This document shows, one piece after another, positions 31,657 through 44,770 of a stretch of 64,000 nt of DNA. Each line of letters begins with the position of its first letter. Position 1 is the stretch's first letter. The notes under the pieces are model-generated. The model had not been told where the DNA came from. It ran no database searches and worked only from the letters and a program-made list of their open reading frames with translations. This DNA comes from Amoebidium appalachense (lineage: Eukaryota > Protista > Ichthyosporea), in the NCBI GenBank assembly GCA_963693365.1, contig CAVNZM010000002.1, positions 16,339,615 to 16,403,614 of the forward strand, in the 5' to 3' direction. Made by a program: the position numbers and the translations under genes.

Positions 31657-32211
31657 ATGTGCCGTTTTATTGCTGCTATCCTGTCCACGGTCTTCATCGT
31701 GTACAGCACAATTGCTGCTTTCGTGGGGTTGTTCACCATGTCGTGGTATACCGGCCCAGGCATCAACATTGGCATTGCCACTAACTGTAACGACGTATAC
31801 ACAACCCCAGCAACAGGCTCCAGTGAGCCCGTGTCCATGTGCACAAGCATTAGCTGGAGCAACCTGGACGGCTCTGCAGAACAGGCCATGTTTGTGATGA
31901 TGATCATTGCCATTTGCTTTGGTGCATTTGCAATTCTCTTCCTGCTAGTTTCCATCCTTTTTGCCTGCTGCATCCTTGGGTTCTCGGGGCATGCTGTGGC
32001 TGTGCTGGCGACACTTCAGGCCATCCTCATGGCAGCCACCTGCATCACCATGTCGGCACACTACGGGTGGAGTGCCCCTGCTGGGGCCAGCATGGGGTCC
32101 ACCTTCTACGCAGTCATCATTGGGGCGGTTGCCGCGATTATCGGCGCTACCTTGGCCTTCCTGCATCAGAAACGTGAAGGGTCACAGAAGGCTCAGGTCG
32201 GCAGCGTCTAA
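31657..32211 (+). CDS. Intronless four-transmembrane protein, claudin/PMP22/amastin-like, 184 aa
   Basis: Four hydrophobic segments. The first extracellular loop has a W..G-I..C..C pattern (SWY..IGIATNC..MC) resembling the claudin-superfamily signature. Short basic C-tail. Paralog at 40926. Confidence 0.8.
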   Translation: MCRFIAAILSTVFIVYSTIAAFVGLFTMSWYTGPGINIGIATNCNDVYTTPATGSSEPVSMCTSISWSNLDGSAEQAMFVMMIIAICFGAFAILFLLVSILFACCILGFSGHAVAVLATLQAILMAATCITMSAHYGWSAPAGASMGSTFYAVIIGAVAAIIGATLAFLHQKREGSQKAQVGSV

Positions 32212-34121
32212 GGTCAGAGTTTATAGAGAATTTGCTTGTGCAACCGAAATCAAAACGGATTACGTAACATGTACATCGTCATTTAAAATCATGTTCTCTC
32301 GTGTAAACAGCCTGCTGAATTTTTGACATTTTTAACAACAGGTATATATTTAGATGCCATTACAAACACCACACATAAACACACACAGAGAGAGAGAGAG
32401 GGAGAGATAGAGAGAGAGAGAGACCGGAATACTCCACCAGATGTTCATTTGATGACTACTCTTGCTAAGTTCCACATTGTGATAATTCATCAAGAGCTTA
32501 TAGTTGCTTTGAAAAATGTTCTTAATAAATTTCACGTAGACAATATCGTACGATACACATGGCCCAGCTCGAGTACGTCGGTTTTTGAAGCAAAATATTC
32601 CCCTCTCTGTACCAAGGGTTCCCCTTCCATCCAATCCCAATGAGGATAGTGTTTCGGCTTTCGCAACCCCCGGCACTTCTTCCTGCTCTGCTTTCATACC
32701 ACAGTCCGTTCACACAAGTAACCCTGGCCTCTAACCCACTCACATCTGCCAATAAAATATCTGTGGCTGGTTTTGAGTTTGAGGTAGATGCCACTGGGTA
32801 GAAACTGGGATACACTGCGAATGTCTTTTGTTGACTTTGGCTTTCCTGAGTATTGGCTCTACTTAGTTGCATTCACTGTTGCGCACTAAAGGCAGTTTTA
32901 AGTGCTGTAAATCCCCTCGTTAAAGCATGTCGTCGATCCCGTACCTCCCCCCCTCCCCCCTCCTCCCCAACCAACACACAAACATACACACATGCGCGTG
33001 CGCACGCGTACACAACTTGATGTGTGCGCGCAAACATACACAAGCACACGTATACACGCACACGCACACACTCTCACACAGACACACACACACACACACA
33101 CCCATGCGCGCATATACATACACAAACACGCGCGCGCGCGCACACACACAAACACACACACACACACGTGCACATGCGCACGCGTACACAGCTTGATGTG
33201 TGCGGGCACACGTATACACACACACACACACACACATGCACATGCGCGCACATACATACACAAACGCTCGAGCACACACACACTCGCTCACTCACACACA
33301 CTGGGCATGTGTGTGTCTTCTGACATGCCAGTGTGCGTTATTGGTGATACATTTATGCAAGGCTATGCGCCAGAGGGGCACCGGGGGGGGAGGGCGGAGG
33401 AGAATGAGATGGGTGAGAGGGGGGGAGAGCGGGACGGGTAGTGAGAGCGAATAAGAGATTAGAGAGAGAGAGAGAGAGTGTGTGTGTGTGTGTGTGTGCT
33501 GTTTGTGTGTGTGTGTGCGCGCGCGCGCAGCTGCAGTGAGCTCATCCGTGATTATGTGAATCTGTACCTGTGCACAGAAATGTGCGTGTGTGCGGGTGGG
33601 TGGGTGTAAGGGTCACAGCATGTGTGCGTGTCCGCCCGCCTGGGTGCACGTGTGTAGCACTCTGTGTGAGTGAGTGTAGGCGTGTGTGTGGGCAAGTGTG
33701 AGCACCTGACTGTTCGTCTTTCTCCGTGGCAGTCTGTCTGCGGCACCTATATTATTTCCAGTGACCTTATATTTACGCTGCAAGATATACAAATAGCTGT
33801 GAAATTAGCATGGATGTGGTCTGCACCTTTTATGTGTATGCAGGCGTACCTTGCATGTGTGCATGCTCATGTTGTCTCATTGTGTGTGTGCCCCATGTGT
33901 GTTTTTTCTGTGTGTGTACGTGTGTGTGTGTGTGTTACGTGTTCACAGAGGTGTGTATGTGTGTTTATTTGTCTGGATGTGGCATGCCATAACGTGTCCG
34001 TGCGTGCCGTAGAAGTCGTAGTGTTATTTGGTTTTACCGTGTCTGTTGCCAATTTTGTGTTCAACAGTTCGAGTGTGTTCTTCCGTCGATCAGCTGGCTA
34101 TGTGACGATTGTGTGTGTGTG

Positions 34122-34171
<50 letters not shown>

Positions 34172-34356
34172 GAAGTGTGTTCTTGGCATATGAATGTATG
34201 TCAGTCAGTGAGCCTGGGGCTGTGTGTATGTGTGTGCGCATGTGCAGGTACGTGTGTGCGTGTGCCCAGGTGTTTATCGTGGCACATGTGTGTGCACGTG
34301 TTTGTGTACGTGCGCGCGTATCTGTGTTCCTTGAGATTTCGGTAGCCTAGCGCGCA

Positions 34357-34389
<33 letters not shown>

Positions 34390-35290
34390 GGGGGCAACCC
34401 CCGATCGGTGAGTTGGAGGTTGAACATCATGTCCCGCACGCGTTTTCCGATAGACTCTTGGCATTCCAAAATACTGCTGTGTAATAGACATGCACGATCA
34501 CGAACCAAGTCTAGTACGGTAGCGCAAATCACATGGCCTGGCAGCTCGTGATAGTTGGGGTGCGTGCTTAGCCAATAGGAAATCAGCATGTACGTGATTG
34601 TGTCAATGTGATATTGGCTAGATTTCCCCGGGATGGTTGGTTGTATACGTAGAGTAGTCTCAGTGACTCGGCGGGTACAAGTCGTACATACTGTGTGGCT
34701 CAGCCGTGCTTTATGGGGACGTATTCGGTCGGGACGACACACCACTAAAATGAGTGCTTCCACTGTGAGGTAACACAGCAGTGAACGTATTCTACACATC
34801 CCTTTACGGTGTAATCTAGGCCGAGAGGACACCTGCTCTTCAGCTTGTTGTCGGTACCCCCCCCCTCCCCCCTTCCCCCCTCCCCTCGGGGCCCCTCTTT
34901 CTCAACTTATAATTCCTCCAATGAGTAATGGTTGCTATCTACTGCGTGTACGGAAAACAAATGCACAGTGTCCCAAAAAAAAGCCACTGTAAACTCCCGG
35001 CCGGCTGAGCTTGAAAGGGTGGGGAGGGGGTGGTGGGTGCGGTGGTGGTGCGGGAGAGAGAGCGCTGGGGGAGAGGGAGGGGGGGAGGTAGCTCACACTA
35101 AAAAGAAAGGGGGAGGGGAGGGAGGGGGGGGGGGGGGGGGTTAGCTCATGCCAAATTTAAAAAATGGGTGGCCTGGGAGGGGGGCGGAGGGGGCACGGAA
35201 GAGGTTGAAGGGAAGGGGGTGGGGTGGGATGAGAGAGAGGGGGGGAGGGGAGGGGGGACGGGCGGGTGGGGGGAGAGGGGGTGGGGAGAA

Positions 35291-35324
<34 letters not shown>

Positions 35325-36127
35325 GGGGGGGGGAGGAACTCTGAAAGGGATGAAGATGGGTGTCTTTATGAAAAAGGAGGATTCAAAATTATTTACCAAT
35401 TCGAGCAGTACAGACTCGCGCTCGGCATATGTATTTTTTTATTAGGCTAGTCCAGATCCGGACAGGTTAACCCGCTACAACTGCAGCAAATTCAACCCAA
35501 AAAGTAGTGCATGTATACGCGGTTCCCCGTGCCTCTCTATTCCTGCATATAGAAACAACCGACAACGTATATATGTAATACAGGAAAGTTCAAGACAAGT
35601 GCAAAACTATACACATTTGGTGGATTATTGCAAAATGAAGTTTCAAAATTGTTCGCAAATTTGTACATGTGGGTTGCCCCATATGGGAGTATCACTAGGC
35701 CTGGTGAAGAAAGGCCCTGTGGATGGGAAGGAAGGAGAGAATGGTGGTGGTGCATGTGTGTGTGTGTGTGGTGGTGGTGGTGGTGGTGGTGGTGGTGGGG
35801 GGGGGGGGGGGGGGGTAGCGGTAATATTGGCAAGGATTTATTATTCTGTGACCTGAGAATCCGGAATCCGATGCATACATCTATATATGCCGTCCCGAGG
35901 GGAACTAGCGCTGCCGTTTTCCATTTACATGTGCGCAAAGATGATAAAATGCCCGCAGGGCTGAGAATTTGCCAAGATCAAGTTATCATGATATCAATCA
36001 ACACCTCTATATCATCTAACCACTACATAGATAGTGTGATTCGAATCAATTGTACACGTTTTCGACGAGTTCCTTTGTCCGACGACTGCATCGTGAAAGG
36101 GCGTGCACTTTTTGCAAGTGCCTGCAT

Positions 36128-36775
36128 CTACTCTGCAGCGGTTTCCTCTGCCGGCAGCAGGACATTGGGCACGATGCACTGGGTCAGGTTTGCCGTGGCG
36201 TGGGTGCTGGCAGGGCCGCAGGCGCCAAGGTAGTCGGCGGTGTTGAACCACGTGACGGCCAGCTTGTAGCCGGTCACTGTGCGGTTGCTGTCGTGCGCCA
36301 CAAACAGCCCCTCCACATACGCCCCCACCCGCGGGTGGTCGCGGTCGTCCGAGTACGTCTGCGTGCCGTTGGGCAGCTGATGCGACAGGTACAGGTCACG
36401 CGCATCGAGGCACTCGCCATGCGTGTGGTTGCCGTTGACGTAGCCGAGCCACGTGACGGCATCGCTGCAGAACGGGTTGGCGCCGGCCACGGGGGCAAAG
36501 GCCACGGGGTCAAAGACATACGTCACTGTGACGTCGCTGCCGTATGCGGCATTGACCGTGGCGTAGGCGACCGTGTCGTTGCCCGGCAGCACACGCAGTG
36601 TCTCGGTGGCTGCCGTGACGGGGTTCAGCACCGACACGTCCATGTAGCGCAGAGTGTAGCCCTGGCTCAGCGTGCAGTCGCCAACGTCGCGGCCGTTGTA
36701 CGTCTGCACGGGCAGTCCGCCCACGCAGGCGGCCAGCAGGGAGACGGTCAGTGCGGCGGCGGTCTTGAGGGCCAT
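36128..36775 (-). CDS. Intronless secreted protein of unknown family, 215 aa (copy 1)
   Basis: Signal-peptide-like MALKTAAALTVSLLAACVGG; Cys residues conserved in the paralog; N-glycosylation sequons NDT, NHT, NGT, NRT, NLT; strong GC3 codon bias. ATG chosen by comparison with the paralog at 49234. Confidence 0.85.
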   Translation of the reverse strand: MALKTAAALTVSLLAACVGGLPVQTYNGRDVGDCTLSQGYTLRYMDVSVLNPVTAATETLRVLPGNDTVAYATVNAAYGSDVTVTYVFDPVAFAPVAGANPFCSDAVTWLGYVNGNHTHGECLDARDLYLSHQLPNGTQTYSDDRDHPRVGAYVEGLFVAHDSNRTVTGYKLAVTWFNTADYLGACGPASTHATANLTQCIVPNVLLPAEETAAE

Positions 36776-36898
36776 TATTGTGGTTGAATGGAAAGGCAGC
36801 TTTGAAATTCTGTTCGTTTGACTTTTGAGACGGGACCGTGTTGAGTGTTGACTGTTGAGTCCGAGTGGCACCTGTATTTGAATGATCAGCCTTGCAAG

Positions 36899-37010
36899 CA
36901 GGGGTTAAAATTACAGTGCCACTTGGCAGTAAAAAAGCCACCTGAAATCCAAAAAAAGCCACTTGACGCGGACCGCTAGTTCCACTGAACTCTGTGCCAG
37001 TGGCACTGTG

Positions 37011-37074
<64 letters not shown>

Positions 37075-37219
37075 TATGATTGTATATATATGTGTTTATA
37101 TATACATATATGTGTGTGTATATAATGTACAAGTGGCACTGAATATACAGTAGGGGCTACGAATAATATGCACCCGATTCCCGAAAAACCACTATGATAA
37201 AAACGAATTTTAAGCCCTG
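36899..37219. mobile_element. hAT-type MITE, 321 bp, with 8-bp TSD
   Basis: TIRs CAGGGGTTAAAATT / AATTTTAAGCCCTG (13/14). Perfect 8-bp TSD CTTGCAAG at 36891-36898 and 37220-37227. Internal GTGGC/GCCAC repeats and a (TA)n tract. Absent from the paralogous locus. Confidence 0.85.
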
Positions 37220-38515
37220 CTTGCAAGCATCTCAGAAATTTATACCAGTGGCTCCGAGAATTTAAGCCAATCGGAGAACAGCATATTGTTATCCAATCGG
37301 AGAATGTCAATTTTATCTACTACATTCCAAAGGTGATTTTCGAATGCGTTCGAAATCGAATTATGTAGAAGCAACAGTGCCATGGAACAAAACTAATAGC
37401 AATAATACTTTGTTGACGTTTTTTGCAGTAGACCAAACCATCGTTGTATCACCACTCCAGTCAGGTTGACAACAAACGAGCACAAAAACCGTTGTATTTG
37501 GCATTGTCGGATCTGAGGGGGAGTAACAACGTCATCATTTGTTGTTTGTTTGGAATGATCACAGGAATGTGGCCATCTCGATCATGGGCCACACATGTAC
37601 AAATCTGACAATTAAGAAATGAGGAAGTACTTGGGACAATGAAGAAATTAAGAAAATACGAGAAACCAAATATAGAAAGGCAGAATATTCCGGATGTTAC
37701 CAGCTTGTGCATCCGTTGCCTCGATTATGCAAAGTAATAAAGAAATAAGTAATAAACACAGATGACCCGATGGTTACATATATAGAACTGATTCCAGGAC
37801 CATGATGCCTGCTGATTGGAGCCCAGGAAATACCCCAACGTACGTACTTGGAATCCTGACCCAGCTTGAGCTTACTTGCAAGTTGCAACTAATGACTGCA
37901 GCAAGTTGCACTTGGCAAGTTATCCTTATATATATCGCAAAGTCCCTTTTGTCAGTCAAACTGCAAGCAACAACAAAACAGAGCACTTATCCACAAACGC
38001 TGTATATATATACGATCGATCACCAGCAATTCTTCACCATGGCCAGCAGTATATACTTTGAAAACAGCATCATGGCCTTCATATGTATGATGAGAGCCAA
38101 ACCGTACGTAAATGATCCCCCCTCTCCTCCCCCCCCCCCCCCCCCCCCATTTCAAAAGGCCCCAGCCACTGGCCGGGTCACCACTAAACATTTGTTATTT
38201 GCGTGCATCATTAATAATCAATGCAGAAAACTAACTTTAAACTTTAGCCGGGAATGACACGGAATCATGAATTACGCACATTATTTACTTACCCGTTATA
38301 ATATTTAATAACCTTTTTCATGTGAACATGTTATAAATGACTCATATCGATCCGAAAACTTTCATCATCATGTCATTGAAGTACGTGCATGGGTGGGACC
38401 GGACTGTACAGCTGTTACCGGTGGGTATATGTACTAGCTGTGGGTGGATGGGTGGCCTGTTATCTGTGTTATATATGCTGTCTGTGTATGTATGGAAAGG
38501 TGTGTACAGATGTCT

Positions 38516-38574
<59 letters not shown>

Positions 38575-39049
38575 AGGGGGGGGAAGGGGGGGAGGGGGGG
38601 GGGGGGGGGGGGGGGTTGGAAAGTTTGAGGGCGGGGACGGCCACCACTCCCCACCGCCGGTACCAGGCACGGTGTGGGGGATCGGATAATGTATTTCGGA
38701 CCCCGGGGCCCCCAGCTCCGCCCCCTCCACCTCCCCCCAGCCCCCTCCCCCCCCCCCCCCCCCCCTCCCCCCCTCCCCCCCTTCTCCCCCCCCACAACAC
38801 ACAAGCACGTACGTACACCCTGCAGCTGCATGTGTCACGCGAAATGTTTGCACTGACAACTAGTATACTATAGTACCCTGCGCATGCTGTCTGCCTTAGC
38901 CCGCTCATACATATTATTAAGTCAGACGGTCACCGGCGACGTTATTTCTTCTGGATACTCTGACAAAATAACCGTTCCGGCAAGGAAAGCGAGGACTCAG
39001 GTTCAAAACACGAGTTTGTTTATGGCTCTCATCATCATCGTGACTCATA

Positions 39050-39228
39050 ATAATATATCCGTGTCACCATATTTCAACATTATCGGTCTTCTCAAACTCT
39101 TTTCCTCAAACTCTTTTCCCTGGGAAACCATCATGGCAATAATATATCCGTGTCACCATATTTCAACATTATCAGTCTTCTCAAACTCTTTTCCTCAAAC
39201 TCTGTTCCCTGGGAAACCATCATGGCAA
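39050..39228 (+). repeat. 88-bp tandem duplication
   Basis: ATAATATATCCGTGTCACCATATTTCAACATTATC..CCCTGGGAAACCATCATGGCA occurs twice, nearly identical. Confidence 0.9.
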
Positions 39229-39245
39229 AGAATTGTTAAGGAGGA

Positions 39246-39418
<173 letters not shown>

Positions 39419-39420
39419 AC

Positions 39421-39481
<61 letters not shown>

Positions 39482-40399
39482 GGGGAGAGAGAGAGAGATT
39501 AAGAGAGAGAGAGGGGGGGGGGGGGGGGGGGAGGGGGGGAGGAGGGGGCACTGCAGGCTTTGGGGATGTTTCAAAGAGCGCCAATGCTTTTGTATGAGAT
39601 TGAGAAAACCAGAACCATACCTATGTCCTGAAGTGTTTCCGGATCTGTAGTTCCGTACGCGCATTCGCCGACACAATTTGGCAAACACAATTAACGGAAC
39701 TTATTCCTATTGGTTAGAATAAACCCTCCACCGTCCCCCCAAAACTTTATCCAAGCCCGGGAGTCTGGGACACAAAAGTGCAGTCACGACTCACGAGTGC
39801 ACTTTTGACTACGAACTTAAAGAATGAAGCATCAACATACGGTTATAAATCCCACAAGTTAAGGCGTGCAATCTTCTTTTTATAGGGTTTTTTCTTGGGT
39901 TACGTATTCAAACAGGAAATTTGGGTGCACGTGTTCTAAAAATAGAGCTACCTACGATACTAATGTATTTTAAGAGCCTATTGTACAGTATGTGTGTAAA
40001 GGAATTTTGGGATAGCAAATTATCGGGAACTTAGGGTTCGAAAGTTTCACGTAGGGAGTTTTTGCGAGGTAATTACTTAGCTTTCACAACTTATCCCCCG
40101 TCGCAACTTACTCCTTCGTAGTTATCTAAACAACCCTGATTTAGTTCTTAGTCAAAGAAAACTATGTATTGAACTAGGTCTACTTATATGTGGAATATAA
40201 ATGCAAGTTTTTAAAGATTTCTAGTCATTATATATAAACAGCCAAATTCTGCCAAAAAGTTACACTTTTGTTATTAGACTCCAAGAGAGCCCACAGTCAG
40301 GGCTTGGACTCGGAGGCCGGCGGATCATCCTTTTTTTTTTTTTCCGATCATGATCATCGTGGGGCGGTGGGAGCTCGAGGAGGGAGGCCGAGAGGGCGG

Positions 40400-40472
<73 letters not shown>

Positions 40473-40925
40473 GGGGGGGGGGGGGGGGGGAGGGGGGGGG
40501 GGGAGGGGGGATTGCATGTGGGAGCTGGGGCTCGTGCAACTCGTGGTTGTGTGCACGTAGGATTTATGAATTTCATTTTCATGTATGCCCCTCCCCCAAC
40601 CGGACCCTCGAGCCATGACCGACCCCCCCCCCCCCCCCCCCCAATGGAAGTTCCGAAACCGTTCAAAATGGTTATTGAATTTTGATATGTTTTCCGGAAT
40701 TTCGAATTCTGGCTACTGCAGTGAGTGTGACTGCACTTGCAATTCACCAATCAGATATGCGATTAGGTAGAGATGAATTCCAGATGGGGTATAAAATGCT
40801 CTTCGGTCACTTTGTGCTTTCTTTCACAATTGATTTAGCCCAGCTGTATTTTGTCTCTCACAACCGTCTAACAAAACACACCGAGCCAACGCAAACGCCG
40901 TAATTGTCAAAAAAAAGAAACGGGA

Positions 40926-41502
40926 ATGTGCCGTTTCATTGCTGCTATCCTCGCCACGGTCTTCATAATTTACAGCACAGCCGCTGGTTTCGTCGGCCTG
41001 CTCACCATAGGCTGGTATACCGGCGAAGACATCAACATTGGCATTGCCACAAAATGTAACGACATATACATAAGGAAACAGCTGGAGGCTACGACCAGCC
41101 GGTGGGCATGTGCAAAAGTTTTGAGCTGGAACAACCTGGACGGGCCTGCAGAACGGGCCTGCAGAACAGGCCATGTTTGTGATGATGTCCATTGCCATCT
41201 GCTGTGGTGTCTTCGCAATTCTCTTCCTGCTCGTCCCCATCCTTTTTGCCTGCTGCATCCTTGGGTTCTCGGGGAATGCTGTGGCTGTGCTGGCGACACT
41301 TCAGGCCATCCTGATGGCAGCCACCTGCATCACCATGTCGGCACACTACGGGGGGCATGCCCCTGCTGGGGCCAGCTTTGGGCCTACCTTCTTTGTAGTC
41401 ATCATTGGCTCCGTGGCTGCAATCATTGGTGGTGCCTTGGCCTTCCTGCATCAGAAGCGTCATCACGGGGGATCACAGAAGGCTCAGGTCGGCAGCGTCT
41501 AA
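40926..41502 (+). pseudogene. Frameshifted paralog of the 4-TM claudin-like gene
   Basis: A 13-bp tandem duplication CGGGCCTGCAGAA (41141-41153 / 41154-41166) shifts the frame. The downstream frame (ORF 41173-41502) is nearly identical to copy 1. Confidence 0.85.
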
Positions 41503-41681
41503 GGTCGCAGAGGGGGAAAATTTGTCTGGCGCTATCAAATTCACAACGGATTACTGATGCATGTGCATCGTTTAAAGTTACCCATGGATGCGCTCTTTCG
41601 TATTACACAGCCTTCTGAATTGCTTTTTAACAACTTCAACATGTTACATAAATAAGACCCTATTAAAAACACACAACCCGG

Positions 41682-41775
<94 letters not shown>

Positions 41776-41837
41776 GCACACACACACACACTGGCACACG
41801 CACGCACACACATACACACGTGTACACACACACACAT

Positions 41838-41932
<95 letters not shown>

Positions 41933-42607
41933 CACACACAGGGATGATCATTCAGGCCACCAAATCAAAGGTTCATTCAATACTAATCTTTGGACTCGCT
42001 TGGCTAAGTTAAACACTGGCATGATGAGTCGTTAGGAGCTACATTCTGCTTCCGAACGGTTTAAAAGTTACTAAATCTTTACTTCTACCGTACAAAGTTA
42101 CATGTGACCGACCTCGATCACCTCCGTTAGTGAACCGAATGTTCCCTGTCAGCACTTTCCCTCTTCCTTGTCCCTTCTCTGAGGCTTAGCGCTCAGTGTG
42201 TTGGTCTCTGTGTGTGCAATGCATACGTGTGTGTACACATGTGCTGCAAGCCGTATCGTGTAGTCCAATTGAATTCGCACTTCCGACTCTATTGCACAGT
42301 AATGCACATTCTAACCTGTGGCACCCCCCCCCCCCCCCATCCCCTATCCTCCCTCGTTGTTCTTGTTTCTCCCCCAGCACTTCTCACACAGGTGTGACTG
42401 GTTTGAGCTAAGTTACATTTGGTATTGGAGTGCGAAGACAATGCCACTGGGTACTGGGACAATGAATGATGTTTTTTGTTGACTTTGTACAAGTCTTTGT
42501 CAATGTGATCGTTGTTAGCATGTCATCGATCCCACACCCCCTTCCGCCCTAAGGGCCCCGGGGGGCTTTGCGCATTTCCTCACACACGCACGCGTGCACA
42601 TGCACAT

Positions 42608-42744
<137 letters not shown>

Positions 42745-44006
42745 CCAGGTTGAGGCTTTTTCTTTCATATTTACCGTTTTTCGAAAACATCCAAATTGCA
42801 TGTCCGCCGACGCCCTTATATGAGGCACTCTGCAGCACACACATATGATTGCACACACCATGGGTCCACGGCCTTAAGTCACAACTCTTACAGTAGTACA
42901 TCACCAATGCGACTAAAGTTAAACGGAGAAAGAAAATACTGCACGACACATTAAGATACATCGTTCGTGACATTGGACATCTCTATATAATCATGATACT
43001 AAGTTACTTTTGCTGTCACTAAAAGTCATGCTAGCGCTGTGCACCGCACGGCGGCAACTGTAAAAAGTAATGCCCCAAGTAGCAAATCAAAATGTAGCCT
43101 AATTGCTGCAAGATGATAATGCCTCTACATTTACAGATCTGTGCCTAATAATCATTATTCTCATTATCAGGCCCCCCACTTGCATTTGGAAGGTTGTAAT
43201 GCTTGGGTCTAGATCTGTAGGGTATTGTTGGGAAGTACTCTACCCATTTTGCTCTCCCGAAGTGAGTCCGATGATGATGTACACGTGGTCCTTGCACATT
43301 TTTTGTTCAAAAAAAGTTATAAAAAAAAGTGTGTTGCACACATCCCCTGGAGACCGTCCTCGGTGACGCTGTGTGTACTTGAACCGTGTGTGTACTTGAA
43401 TTTAAATTTATGCACTTTATAAGTATATTGCATACTGTCCCACAACACGAACACACGCACACACACGGCAAATAGAAACGAAGTATCTGCAATGTAAAAG
43501 TCACTGTGAGGAACCTCAGGGGTGTGAAAGTAGCAATAAGCCGCATGAATCATACGTCTAGGGTGCTTGTTGAATGGCATCTGAGACCATACATGGAGCC
43601 AGTGTCTCGGCTGCACATACACACATTTATACCGTTTTGATCAATACACCGTGCACGCAAGCTCCATAAAAATCCCCCCCGTCCCCCCCCCCCCCCCCCC
43701 CCCCCCCCCTCCCCCCCCCCCCCCCCCCTCCCCGCCTGCCCTGTGTGCGCTCCGAGCCTAGCCCCCGGGTGTGTGTTAGATTATTTTTTTACCGTGGCAC
43801 TTCCAGAAGACGGACGTGTACTATGTGATTAACCTGGTTGCATTAACTTCCTTCACTTACTGATCGCCCTCTGTAGTATCCCCCCTCCCCCCACTCCTCT
43901 TCCTCCTCCCTCCCTCCCCCCTCTCTCCTCTCTTGCCCTCGGTCCCCCCCCCCCCCCCCTCGGTCCCCCCCCCCCCCCCCCCCACCACCACACACACACA
44001 CACCCA

Positions 44007-44045
<39 letters not shown>

Positions 44046-44468
44046 CGCGCGCACAATCCCACAACTAAACCACACACACACACACACACACACACACAAA
44101 TATCCACTTCCCCCGTCCTCCTTTCTTTTTTTTCCCCCTAAAGAGGCTTCTTCTTCCCCCTATTGCATGAGCTACAGTTTTGTGCTTTTTTTTAGATTAG
44201 CCCGTTCCCTCCCCCCTCTCCCCCCCTCCCCCCCCCCCCCCCCCCCCCCAACACACACACACAGAGACCCACACACACACACACGTGCACACGCACGCAC
44301 ACATGGCGCGTACTGCCGTTTCTTTTTCGATTAATCATCTGGGCTTTATGTATGAATGATAATTGCTCATTGCTTGTTTGTACGACATTTTAACTCCGAA
44401 ATGATTCTGTGTGGCCAATCCCGTAACGGTCTTTTGCACAAACAGTGGGAATGGCTCGAGCGGTGTGG

Positions 44469-44503
<35 letters not shown>

Positions 44504-44642
44504 TGCATGCGTGGCTGCGTACGGTGTGTGTGTGCGTGCGTGCGTGCGTGCGTGCTGCGTGCGTGCGTGCGTGCGTTGGTGCGTGCATGTGCGTGTGCGT
44601 GCGTGTGTGCGTGCGTGTGTGCGTGCGTGCATGCGTGCGTGC

Positions 44643-44681
<39 letters not shown>

Positions 44682-44689
44682 TGTTTGTG

Positions 44690-44770
<81 letters not shown>

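Larger units (their letters stand above)
30321..37882. repeat. Segmental duplication, unit 1
   Basis: Colinear anchors shared with 39704-49755: TTCCTATTGGT, TTTGACTACGAACTT, the TM gene, ATGCCACTGGGTA, CTGCAGTGAGCTC, AAATGCACA..GTGTCCCAAA, AACCCGCT.CAACTGCAGCAA, the secreted gene. The terminal part is inverted. Confidence 0.85.

Noticed and set aside
36050-36787. 245-aa plus-strand ORF (and 48659-49246)
   Set aside because: Antisense shadow of the GC3-rich secreted gene; the start is not conserved between paralogs.
36776-36871. N-terminal extension of the secreted protein to 247 aa
   Set aside because: It starts at a non-ATG codon, is absent from the paralog, and would bury the signal peptide.
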